Shown here in pieces: positions 47,468 to 56,403 of a DNA stretch of 64,000 bases. Every line of letters starts with the position of its first letter. The stretch's first letter is position 1. A program made the position numbers and the translations under genes. The stretch is from a virus. The notes beneath the pieces were generated by a model, which had not been told where the DNA came from, did no database searches, and saw only the letters and a list, made by a program, of their open reading frames with translations. The stretch spans positions 64,001-128,000 of the IMG/VR virus record IMGVR_UViG_3300020274_000001; one strand, written 5' to 3'.

Positions 47468-47772
47468 GCGGCCCCCGTTATGATAGCAATATTGGTTTTG
47501 CAAGCCTTGACGCGGCTAAGGATGTGGTAGACAAGATGGGTGATACCATTGAAGATATTACCTTGACCGGTTACCGTTTGACTACCCTTGTGGTTGTTTT
47601 AGGAGTAGCATCGTTCTTCGCTCCTTTAATGGTTCGAGGAGCCATTGGTTCTTTGAAACATGTTCCTTCCGCAATAGGAGAGATAGCCCGTTTACCTGTA
47701 AGAGCATACGGATGGACCAGACAAGTTGGAGAAGATTACCGAACCAACAAAGAAAACAAAGAAAAGAAATAG
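47464..47772 (+). CDS. small membrane protein
   Basis: TTGA overlap; hydrophobic helix. Confidence 0.65.
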   Translation: MSGPRYDSNIGFASLDAAKDVVDKMGDTIEDITLTGYRLTTLVVVLGVASFFAPLMVRGAIGSLKHVPSAIGEIARLPVRAYGWTRQVGEDYRTNKENKEKK

Positions 47773-47802
47773 AATACACATGTTCCCTTGGAGTGACCGA
47801 CC

Positions 47803-49245
47803 ATGACAATTGACGCAACGACAGCACAAATGATAGCAAGAAGATATGACCGAGAGGTTGAAGATGCCATTAAGATGGCCGACCTCGGAAGATACATTGG
47901 AACAGATTTACTGAACCCCGTTCAGATGGAAGTCAATGCATTCAATGAAAAAATGAAGACAGCGACATCGGTATCGTCGATAGAAGCCGAATCAGTGGCT
48001 TCGGTTAGAAAGATACACGGTGTATTGCGTAGTATTGCCAACGACAAGTTCGGTAAGTCAAACCTCGGGTCAGTAGGTGGTCAAATGTCAATGCTTGACG
48101 TTCCAGCATGGAGTTCTGCGCTATCAGAAGTAACAATGCGCATTGAACAGATTGGTTCACAATATGGTAAGTTAATTTTGAATCAACCAGACAAAGACAA
48201 GATTGATAGAATGATTGCGTCGAGCCTCGTCGCACTTGAGAATGCTTTTGCTATGAGTCCTACTCCAGCCGCCGCCAACAACGCTAAGAATCAAGCAATG
48301 GCTACACTTTCCAACATTGAAACAATGCTGAATCAGCGTAAGATGGGATTGATGCAACAATCGTTGACAAACCTAATCGCACAGAAAGAAGTTGACTTGT
48401 TGAACACCATTTCTGTATTGAAGATGAACGAATCAAGTCTAAAAGACGGAGAGATTGCAGTCGTAAAGATGCATTCGGTCAAAGCAACCGAATTCCTCGC
48501 TACAATGAAGACTAACCCTGCTTCATACGACAAAGCCATATTGCAACAACAACTTGCAACATTTGACAGTATTCTTGCACCCCTTGTGCAAATGAGAGAA
48601 AGCGTGCAATACCGCGCCGCATTGTCTGGCGGTAACTTCTCATCACCGCGCCGACCAACAAACAAAACCTTCGGGTTCGGTAGTGTTCCAAAACGACGAT
48701 ATCACGAAGATAAGACGCCAATACCCACTAACCGTTCGCCTTTTCGGGACGCCCCTAATGCTGTAAGTGTTAGGGGCCTTGGTAGTGCTGTCACAAGCAG
48801 TGTTAGCACCCAGATGAATAAAGTAGAAGACGGAGCAGATGTTTCGGACGTAATACAATACAATCTCGAAATTGGTTCTGCTCAAGGGTTCATTACCCCA
48901 GCCGATGAAGCAATTCTTAGGGAGCAGTTGTCACAATTAAACATTGAATCTTTTGGTGGAGACCAAGAGATGTATGATTCCGCTAAAGCAACGCTGAAGA
49001 ATACGATTGATTACTTAGCAGAACAATACGCCAATCAAATCAAGTCTGGTTTGATTGATGCAAACCTACCGCCAAATGCGCCCGGTGTGAAAAAAGACAA
49101 GTGGTATCAGCGTAAGAATATATTATCGAGAACCATTATGACGGGAACAATTGGTCTTGGTGGTGCGGCAGTATTGGGAGTTCTTACATTACTTTACATG
49201 AATTCCAGAGAGAACAAAACATCAACAGAAGAGGCTAAGTCATAA
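47803..49245 (+). CDS. helical protein with C-terminal TM helix
   Basis: 480 aa; IGLGGAAVLGVLTLLYM. Confidence 0.8.
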   Translation: MTIDATTAQMIARRYDREVEDAIKMADLGRYIGTDLLNPVQMEVNAFNEKMKTATSVSSIEAESVASVRKIHGVLRSIANDKFGKSNLGSVGGQMSMLDVPAWSSALSEVTMRIEQIGSQYGKLILNQPDKDKIDRMIASSLVALENAFAMSPTPAAANNAKNQAMATLSNIETMLNQRKMGLMQQSLTNLIAQKEVDLLNTISVLKMNESSLKDGEIAVVKMHSVKATEFLATMKTNPASYDKAILQQQLATFDSILAPLVQMRESVQYRAALSGGNFSSPRRPTNKTFGFGSVPKRRYHEDKTPIPTNRSPFRDAPNAVSVRGLGSAVTSSVSTQMNKVEDGADVSDVIQYNLEIGSAQGFITPADEAILREQLSQLNIESFGGDQEMYDSAKATLKNTIDYLAEQYANQIKSGLIDANLPPNAPGVKKDKWYQRKNILSRTIMTGTIGLGGAAVLGVLTLLYMNSRENKTSTEEAKS

Positions 49246-49275
49246 AGCGTATTCGGATAGACAGGAGGGGACACT

Positions 49276-51681
49276 ATGCAGGCATCAAAGACATTCAAAG
49301 ACCCAGTCGATGGCACTACTTTTGACTCCTCCTCATACGAAGTTAGAACCAATGGCAGTGGACGCATTTTACGAACAAGAGCACCCTCTGGTGCAATGGC
49401 TGTCGTTATGGATTCTATCTCCGACGACGACACAAATTCATCATACGACGCATTCGCAGATGACATAACAGAAGAAGAGTTGAACAATATGGTTGAAGAT
49501 TACCAAGAAAGCATGAACATTGAGACAAACCCGCCCGGAAGAATTAGCCGAGCAATCGGAACCCTTACGCAAGGAATTGGTGGAGTTGGACCAAATTCAT
49601 GGCAATCTCTCCGGCTACCAAGCGTCGGGTTCGGAAAGAGAGCCGGAGTAGCATCGAAGTTAGCCGGTGTATTGGGCGGACTCGGTATTGACCGCGGAAC
49701 ATTCCGTAGTGGTCATGCATCCACACTAATCACTGCAAGAATGTGGACCAACTATCTAAACAACATGGATATGCAAGATGTTGCGGCAGAATTGAGCGCA
49801 GACATATCCCCAGAAGAGAAATTCTCAATTTACGAATTCTGCAAGGAATGGGAGAGAGACCCCGGACACGTTGCATTCGTTCAACGGCTACACAACACCC
49901 CAGATGTAAACTCAATTGACGAGATTGCAAAAGGTCAGATTGTATACGACTTGATGACAGGCGGTGTAAGGCCCGGACCCGGTGGAGTCAAGGACCCATC
50001 GACCGTTAAGCACGACAAAATGTTCCGTCTTGCACTTGACATTATCAATTCAATTCGACTCACCGACTACAACTTTTACACTTTGAATGTCGTTCACCGA
50101 GATGAAGGAACCCGTCTGTATGACGACTTCATGGCAAACTATGTGCCTCTTGAACCAGACGAAGTGGAAGTAATTCACGAAGTCCGCCAAGGAATTGAGC
50201 GTCACGCCCAATCCTATGCATTCAAGTCAACAGATTCCGAAGGAGACCCTATGGGTGCGTATGATTTGATGATACGGCTTAACAACGCATACAATTCCGG
50301 AGATACCCGTCTTTGCCGGTCGATACTCGACACATTGTTTGCATACCCATACCGGTTTGTTCCTAATGTTGGCTACAAAGGATTGTTTAGCCCAACATCA
50401 TCTCGGTTCATTGGACAAGAGCCACACCATCTTTACATCAACCAAGGGTGGAGATGGATTCTTCCTAACGAGGAAATTGGTAATACCATCTCCGACGACG
50501 GTCGTAAATTCACAGTTTCGGATGGCGCACAACTCATTGAGGTTCTCGACTTCAACTACCCGAAACCTATTGGTGTTTTCACCAAGTTGGGTGGCGGAGG
50601 CAACAAATACTCATACATGCCGTGGACTCAATTCGAGCGCACAGGTCAAGCCGCCGCAAGCATGGTGCCACAATCTTCCAGCGACTTCGACAACCGTGTA
50701 AGAGATGCACAAGCAAGAGAAGACGGTAAAACAAAAACACAGTCCGGTAACAAAGGTGGCGGTGGACGTGGAGGCGGCGGTAAAGGCAAACGCTTCGGGA
50801 AGCGCAACCCTCCTAAGAAGAATCCCGGTCATGCAGAAGGCAGGGACGAGTGGGCCGCCGGTATGCTCCGAAATACAAAATACGCTCGACTCGTTAACAC
50901 GAATCAAATGCGCACAGCCTTGGGTCAATTGACAAGAGAAACACCGTATCTGATGTTCGGAGCAAACGGATTTTGGCCCACAAGTGACGAAGCACTACGA
51001 CGAGGTTTCCAAGGTGAAGACGGAATTGTTGATGTGGCCTCCTATATCCGAGAATATGGAAATCAAGGAGAATACGCTGTTTACAACCTCAATACTGACG
51101 AATGGTTCCCCTTTGGACAGCCAGCAGTCCAGTTGATAGAACGAAACCCAGCACCGGGACGTAAAGGAAAGAAAGATGGCACACTATCTCTCGGGCGTGG
51201 CAAGCAATACCACATCGAAATCCTACCTAAGACACAACTGAAAGGTATGTCGAAAGGTGCTATTGGTATCGACAAGAAGACCGGAAAGGAACGGCGTAAA
51301 GGCCGAGACACATTGAAGGCTCAAGGTAAAGACACGAAAGGAGAAAGACTTGCAGGAATCACAGATGCATTCGGCTCATACCAACACGTAGCACTTGACA
51401 AAGTGACAGGTAAGACTGTTCCATTCGTAATCAAGGTCCCGTCAAAGCATTTCCGTGCAGTGAACCTTGAAGTCGAAGGTAAGACAATCCGCACATTGAT
51501 GCCAATGACTAAGACATCAAAGAAGCAACAAGAAGCATGGGCTAAGTTCCTTTCCGTGTATGGTTATCCTAAGTTAGCCAACACCAAAGGAGACCCCGTC
51601 CGTTTCAAAATCCACAAGCCAACCCGAGGTTCATTCTATCGTAGGTTGCTGAATGACAGAAAGAAGGCAAAGAAGGCGTGA
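49276..51681 (+). CDS. large hypothetical protein with NP-delimited segments
   Basis: 801 aa; GGAGG RBS. Confidence 0.8.
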   Translation: MQASKTFKDPVDGTTFDSSSYEVRTNGSGRILRTRAPSGAMAVVMDSISDDDTNSSYDAFADDITEEELNNMVEDYQESMNIETNPPGRISRAIGTLTQGIGGVGPNSWQSLRLPSVGFGKRAGVASKLAGVLGGLGIDRGTFRSGHASTLITARMWTNYLNNMDMQDVAAELSADISPEEKFSIYEFCKEWERDPGHVAFVQRLHNTPDVNSIDEIAKGQIVYDLMTGGVRPGPGGVKDPSTVKHDKMFRLALDIINSIRLTDYNFYTLNVVHRDEGTRLYDDFMANYVPLEPDEVEVIHEVRQGIERHAQSYAFKSTDSEGDPMGAYDLMIRLNNAYNSGDTRLCRSILDTLFAYPYRFVPNVGYKGLFSPTSSRFIGQEPHHLYINQGWRWILPNEEIGNTISDDGRKFTVSDGAQLIEVLDFNYPKPIGVFTKLGGGGNKYSYMPWTQFERTGQAAASMVPQSSSDFDNRVRDAQAREDGKTKTQSGNKGGGGRGGGGKGKRFGKRNPPKKNPGHAEGRDEWAAGMLRNTKYARLVNTNQMRTALGQLTRETPYLMFGANGFWPTSDEALRRGFQGEDGIVDVASYIREYGNQGEYAVYNLNTDEWFPFGQPAVQLIERNPAPGRKGKKDGTLSLGRGKQYHIEILPKTQLKGMSKGAIGIDKKTGKERRKGRDTLKAQGKDTKGERLAGITDAFGSYQHVALDKVTGKTVPFVIKVPSKHFRAVNLEVEGKTIRTLMPMTKTSKKQQEAWAKFLSVYGYPKLANTKGDPVRFKIHKPTRGSFYRRLLNDRKKAKKA

Positions 51682-51685
51682 TAAC

Positions 51686-52072
51686 ATGACAAACCACAAA
51701 TCGTTTATGCAGACAGTAAAAGACACAACGCCACAAGACGTGCTACTAACGGGTGTGTTCGCCGGAGTAGTAGCAGGTATTAGTGGAGTAGGAAATTGGA
51801 TTGATAAGAACATAACATCGTATACGATGGGATTCAAATCTAATTTATCAAGCAAGGACCTCTTCGTCCGAGGAGCATTAGTAGGGGGACTCATCTCGCT
51901 ACCGTTCGCATACCTTTCAGCAACATCTGTTCTTGACAACAATGCATTAGGTAATACTTATGTCAATCCAGTATTGAAAGGGGAACTGCCACCCGCACCG
52001 AAAGACTATGTTTACGCATCGGCAGAAGGAGAACAGCCTTACTTGATTTTAGACCCTAAATTCGGATTGTGA
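51686..52072 (+). CDS. membrane protein (2 TM)
   Basis: GTGA RBS; two hydrophobic helices. Confidence 0.7.
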   Translation: MTNHKSFMQTVKDTTPQDVLLTGVFAGVVAGISGVGNWIDKNITSYTMGFKSNLSSKDLFVRGALVGGLISLPFAYLSATSVLDNNALGNTYVNPVLKGELPPAPKDYVYASAEGEQPYLILDPKFGL

Positions 52073-52083
52073 GGTGATTCAAC

Positions 52084-55000
52084 ATGGTAACCGTTCCAGA
52101 CTTTCTAAAGGGCGCAACAATACTTGATGCACATCAGTGGGTTGTTTCTAACCTTGACGGGCGTAACGAATATGTTCTAAAGGATATGTCGGGAATGGAA
52201 ACCACCCTATCAGACCTTACAAGAGGAACGGTTACCGAGGTCAACATTACCCCAGCAGGGTCAAGAATGAATCCAGCACCATCGTATGTGTTCAAACCAG
52301 AATTCCAGCCACAAAAGCGTGTCCAACAATTCTCTTCCCGAGTAATGTTACCCGATGGAATATCTCCATCTGTTGTGCATACACTCGAAGCCAAGCACGG
52401 TGCCGCATACAGATTCATTGCTTCAAAAATGCTATCACAACGGTCTCGTCGACAACAACTTTCTCCACGTGGAACACGGATGCTAAGTTCATTCATTATG
52501 GCAGACCCATATGCTGGTGTGCGAATTAACCCAATCGGTCTACGTCAAACGCCAAGCGGCATTAGAATGACCCGCATCGTTGGAGACAGAGGTAGGGTAA
52601 TGGATGATGCAGTAGTTGCCGAAGTCAAAGGATATCTTGAAGGAAACGAATTACCGTTTGACATTGCCGCATCAGAAAGGCAGTTCAACCAATTTGTGAA
52701 AGGGGTGTTACAACCATACCTCATTTGCCTTCGTTCCAATCAAGCCCTTATTAAATACCTTAACGAGACTCTGCTACCCCATATGTTGAGATTGATTGAC
52801 GCCGGAGAATTTGACGCTGACATAGGAGAAATCGGCTTCTTCCGCAAAAAATTCAAGTCAGCAGTAGAAGCAAGAACGGTATTCAAATCTGCGGCAGGAA
52901 AGGACAAAGTGAAGAAAATTCTCTCTGACCAATATGAAACAGTGATTCGCAGACTCGCTACGTCTCCACAAGACTTCTACTATGGGCGCAACGAAGCACT
53001 CGTTGCGCACCCAGCGTTCATGTTCCCTCAAGCAGCATACTACCTGTTGCCACCTCCACGGGGCCTAACGGGCGCAACTCGAGCAGAGTTGTTCTTTTAC
53101 CAAGCGGGCGAACCACCACGATATGTCGCCTCCACCCGAGATAGTCTTGGAGTTGACAAGCCCGCCATTATTCAAGAGATGCCAGAAAGAATGTTGAAAA
53201 AAATGGCTTTAGACGAGGAAGGAGACCCCATACTGCCCATTGCTCGAGTCAATAACACTCCAGTTGATTTCGGTAGAACCATGAACGTTCAGTCTGTCCA
53301 AAGGGCGTTAGCGGCAGGCAATGTCGGACAGGTCATACTTATGGCTTCTCAAGCGTTTTCAAATGATGGTGTTTTGAAAAGAATGTTCGGGCTGGGTGCC
53401 GCCACTCCCCCAAGTAGCCTAACAGAAAAAGAAGGAAACGCCTTGCTTGACCTCAATGAAATAGTCAAAGAGTTAAATCAAGCAGCAGACATAAACGAAG
53501 TTTTCAGAAAGAGTATATCCGATGACGCAGACAAATACCCTCTGTGTGCCGCTATCGAAGTTAACATCGGTGGCATTAAACCTAAGCCATTAGGTTGGCC
53601 CGAAGGATTGATATTTGCAGTAATGCAAGTCATATCAGAAAATTCTGACCAAATTATGCAAGTAGGTGCCGGGGAAACAGGGGTCAAAGATTTCTTTCAG
53701 CCTAACATTGAGGGCATAGGGCCCCTAACACTTAAATTAACAAAACCAGCAGACCTTGACGCCAAACTCGAAAAAACAAAAGACCAAGTCAAGAAAGTGG
53801 TTGTCAATTATTTCGATAAAGGCATAATGCTTTCAGACCTTGTTCGTGAGTCTGACAATAAAACCACAAACGATTTCAAATACGCATATGCGGCATCACT
53901 TGCTTTACACTTCGCTAATAACGGCAACGTATTGGAAGAAAACATGATAGCAAGCAGTTCCACATCGGACAAAGATGCAGAAACTAATTTCAAGAACGGA
54001 ACCGTGATGGACCCACGTAAACAATTCAAGAATAGTGACAACCGACTTTCTGCATTCAACTCAATGACGCGAAACCAAGCATCTACGCCAAATAAACTCG
54101 GAATAATGAGCATACTCCAACTTGCTTTGACGAGATTCAAGCAGGACGGAGGACAACCTACTCCAGAACAAGTTAACTTTGTAGCGCAATTGACGCTGTA
54201 TTCTCTCCAGAATTTGAGCACTGAATTTGATGCTTTTGGGACAACCAATTTGGTTGACCTGTTGAAAGAAACCGTAACCGACTTACAAGGTAAGTCCGCA
54301 GAAGCAAGAGAGGCACAAATAACTAATTTGATATCGAGACTCGACGCGAGCAGAGCAACAATCCCCGACGAAAACGTCCTCCAACAAATTGTCGAAGACC
54401 GCTTGTTAGAGGATTTCTTCCAAGAACTGTTGACTAACGACCTCGAAGATGTGTTTGATAACCCTCGCCGGAACCCACCGCTTCCAAAACTTTCTGAAAT
54501 AATAGGAGAAGCCCCGAAAGATACCAATGCACTTAGGAGAGCACTCTCTGTATTGAAGAAGAAGAATCAAGAGAATGCGGCAGTATTGGGGTCAAGTCCA
54601 TTCCTTCCAACAGAAGAAACAGTCAGAAAATTGGCCGACTCCATGAAAGGTATATTCCAAGCGGCTCAAGCAGAAGCAAAAGAAGCAAGAGAAGAAGCAG
54701 AAGCGGCAATCAAGCGAGATGACGAATTGACCAACTTACTTGATTCTTTCAAAGATGCTGAGGTTTCAGTAGCAAGAACGGACTCTTATCTGCAACTGAT
54801 TGAAGGTATTGGAAAATCACTAAAGGCACTGTGTCGGCACGAATTGGATTTTGCAAAAGAATTCATGCTCATACCGGACAACCCTAATATGGAACTTGAG
54901 GACAATTTAGTAAGACAAGAAATGTTCAACCATCCTCTCTACATCGCACAGAAACTTCTTGGCGACCACAAGATGTTTATGGACAACATTCAGATGGTAG

Positions 55001-56403
55001 AAACGAGCCTAAGAGCGGGCCTGTCTTCTGCCCGGTTCCAATATCGAGCAGAGGAAGGGGCATGGCGACAAATGGAACGTAAACAACAAATTGAGTATCT
55101 TGTGTCTGCGATTGAGTTTTGTAATGGGTTACAAGAAGCATATGCAGAGGTAGGAGGCTCCCTTGGTATGGCAGTTGACGACATGAGAGTTGACGACAAG
55201 GACAGTATTTCTCCTCACCTATACATTGCACTTTTCGACGTAACAGACAACTTCGTATTGCGAGATAATGTTCGTCAAGCCCTTCGAGCCCTCTCGATTA
55301 CTTCAATGAGATTGATAGACCCATTGACCACGAAGATGACTTTCGATGAATTGACTAAGAAATCCTATGACCTCGTTGGAGAAATGTTCGGAGGTTTCCC
55401 CGGAGACACGTCAGCAATCAAACCCCAAAACAATCCTCTTGTTTTGGGTAAAGCATACTTGAATAAGTTGGTTGACGCAGACATTGACTTTTCTGGTTCA
55501 ACCATTGGAAGAGATAGTGACAGTCAACTGCGACTCAAATTCATAGCAGAAGTAACAGGTGCAAAATATGACTTGACGAGGGCCACACGAGAGCCCCTTT
55601 CATTTGGTATTCCCGGCTCTACTACCCCTTCTTTGTTTGGATTTGAAAGAGACGAAAAGCAAGCGTCGTCATATGCACAAAGTCTTTATGACGAACAAGT
55701 TGCATTAGAGAAAAAAATACGAGGACGAGAAATAAGAGACGAGAGGGCTTTCCAACAAGCATTGGAAGAACAGACTAACAGTATAAAAGACTTCAAATTG
55801 CAAGCCCTCGAGATAGATGTTGAGGGACAAGAGAAAGACGTCAAAAAATTGAACAAAGAAATTAAAAAAATGGGTCTAAATTTCGCACGCAAAGCCGAAG
55901 AAGCAACGCGGGGCAAAAACGCCCTCGAAGAAGCGGCGAACAAAGCAATTGATGATTTGTCCAGTGACGTTGACGTCTTAACAGATGCAATCAGAGTTAA
56001 AGATAGTCGCATTAAAGATTTGGAGAAAGAAGTGGAGAGAATTGCGGCAGAAAAAGCCAAGGAAGCAGAGAAAAGAACAACCGTCCTTAGACCGATAAAA
56101 AAGAGATTCAAACCCGTCAAGGAGAACCCGAACGAGCATCCTTTCGGCACGAGATATGATATGACACATCGAGACTCCAACATTGACACTACACAAGGAA
56201 CCAGTGCACTATCCGATGAGGCATTGGCACGAGGATACTACGCTCAACAAAAGAAGCGTATGCCTAAGAAGTCTGTAAAGATGGTAAAATGTATGCGCTG
56301 TGGTAAACCAACGTTCGAAGATTCGCTGGTCGAAAACTCATTCTGCCAAAAGTGTGCAGATGCTCTCGCCAGAACCAATCCGGTGGTGAGATGGAGTGTC
56401 TGA
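52084..56403 (+). CDS. very large hypothetical protein (coiled coils, C-terminal zinc finger)
   Basis: 1439 aa; GAGGTGA RBS; CMRC..CQKC. Confidence 0.85.
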   Translation: MVTVPDFLKGATILDAHQWVVSNLDGRNEYVLKDMSGMETTLSDLTRGTVTEVNITPAGSRMNPAPSYVFKPEFQPQKRVQQFSSRVMLPDGISPSVVHTLEAKHGAAYRFIASKMLSQRSRRQQLSPRGTRMLSSFIMADPYAGVRINPIGLRQTPSGIRMTRIVGDRGRVMDDAVVAEVKGYLEGNELPFDIAASERQFNQFVKGVLQPYLICLRSNQALIKYLNETLLPHMLRLIDAGEFDADIGEIGFFRKKFKSAVEARTVFKSAAGKDKVKKILSDQYETVIRRLATSPQDFYYGRNEALVAHPAFMFPQAAYYLLPPPRGLTGATRAELFFYQAGEPPRYVASTRDSLGVDKPAIIQEMPERMLKKMALDEEGDPILPIARVNNTPVDFGRTMNVQSVQRALAAGNVGQVILMASQAFSNDGVLKRMFGLGAATPPSSLTEKEGNALLDLNEIVKELNQAADINEVFRKSISDDADKYPLCAAIEVNIGGIKPKPLGWPEGLIFAVMQVISENSDQIMQVGAGETGVKDFFQPNIEGIGPLTLKLTKPADLDAKLEKTKDQVKKVVVNYFDKGIMLSDLVRESDNKTTNDFKYAYAASLALHFANNGNVLEENMIASSSTSDKDAETNFKNGTVMDPRKQFKNSDNRLSAFNSMTRNQASTPNKLGIMSILQLALTRFKQDGGQPTPEQVNFVAQLTLYSLQNLSTEFDAFGTTNLVDLLKETVTDLQGKSAEAREAQITNLISRLDASRATIPDENVLQQIVEDRLLEDFFQELLTNDLEDVFDNPRRNPPLPKLSEIIGEAPKDTNALRRALSVLKKKNQENAAVLGSSPFLPTEETVRKLADSMKGIFQAAQAEAKEAREEAEAAIKRDDELTNLLDSFKDAEVSVARTDSYLQLIEGIGKSLKALCRHELDFAKEFMLIPDNPNMELEDNLVRQEMFNHPLYIAQKLLGDHKMFMDNIQMVETSLRAGLSSARFQYRAEEGAWRQMERKQQIEYLVSAIEFCNGLQEAYAEVGGSLGMAVDDMRVDDKDSISPHLYIALFDVTDNFVLRDNVRQALRALSITSMRLIDPLTTKMTFDELTKKSYDLVGEMFGGFPGDTSAIKPQNNPLVLGKAYLNKLVDADIDFSGSTIGRDSDSQLRLKFIAEVTGAKYDLTRATREPLSFGIPGSTTPSLFGFERDEKQASSYAQSLYDEQVALEKKIRGREIRDERAFQQALEEQTNSIKDFKLQALEIDVEGQEKDVKKLNKEIKKMGLNFARKAEEATRGKNALEEAANKAIDDLSSDVDVLTDAIRVKDSRIKDLEKEVERIAAEKAKEAEKRTTVLRPIKKRFKPVKENPNEHPFGTRYDMTHRDSNIDTTQGTSALSDEALARGYYAQQKKRMPKKSVKMVKCMRCGKPTFEDSLVENSFCQKCADALARTNPVVRWSV

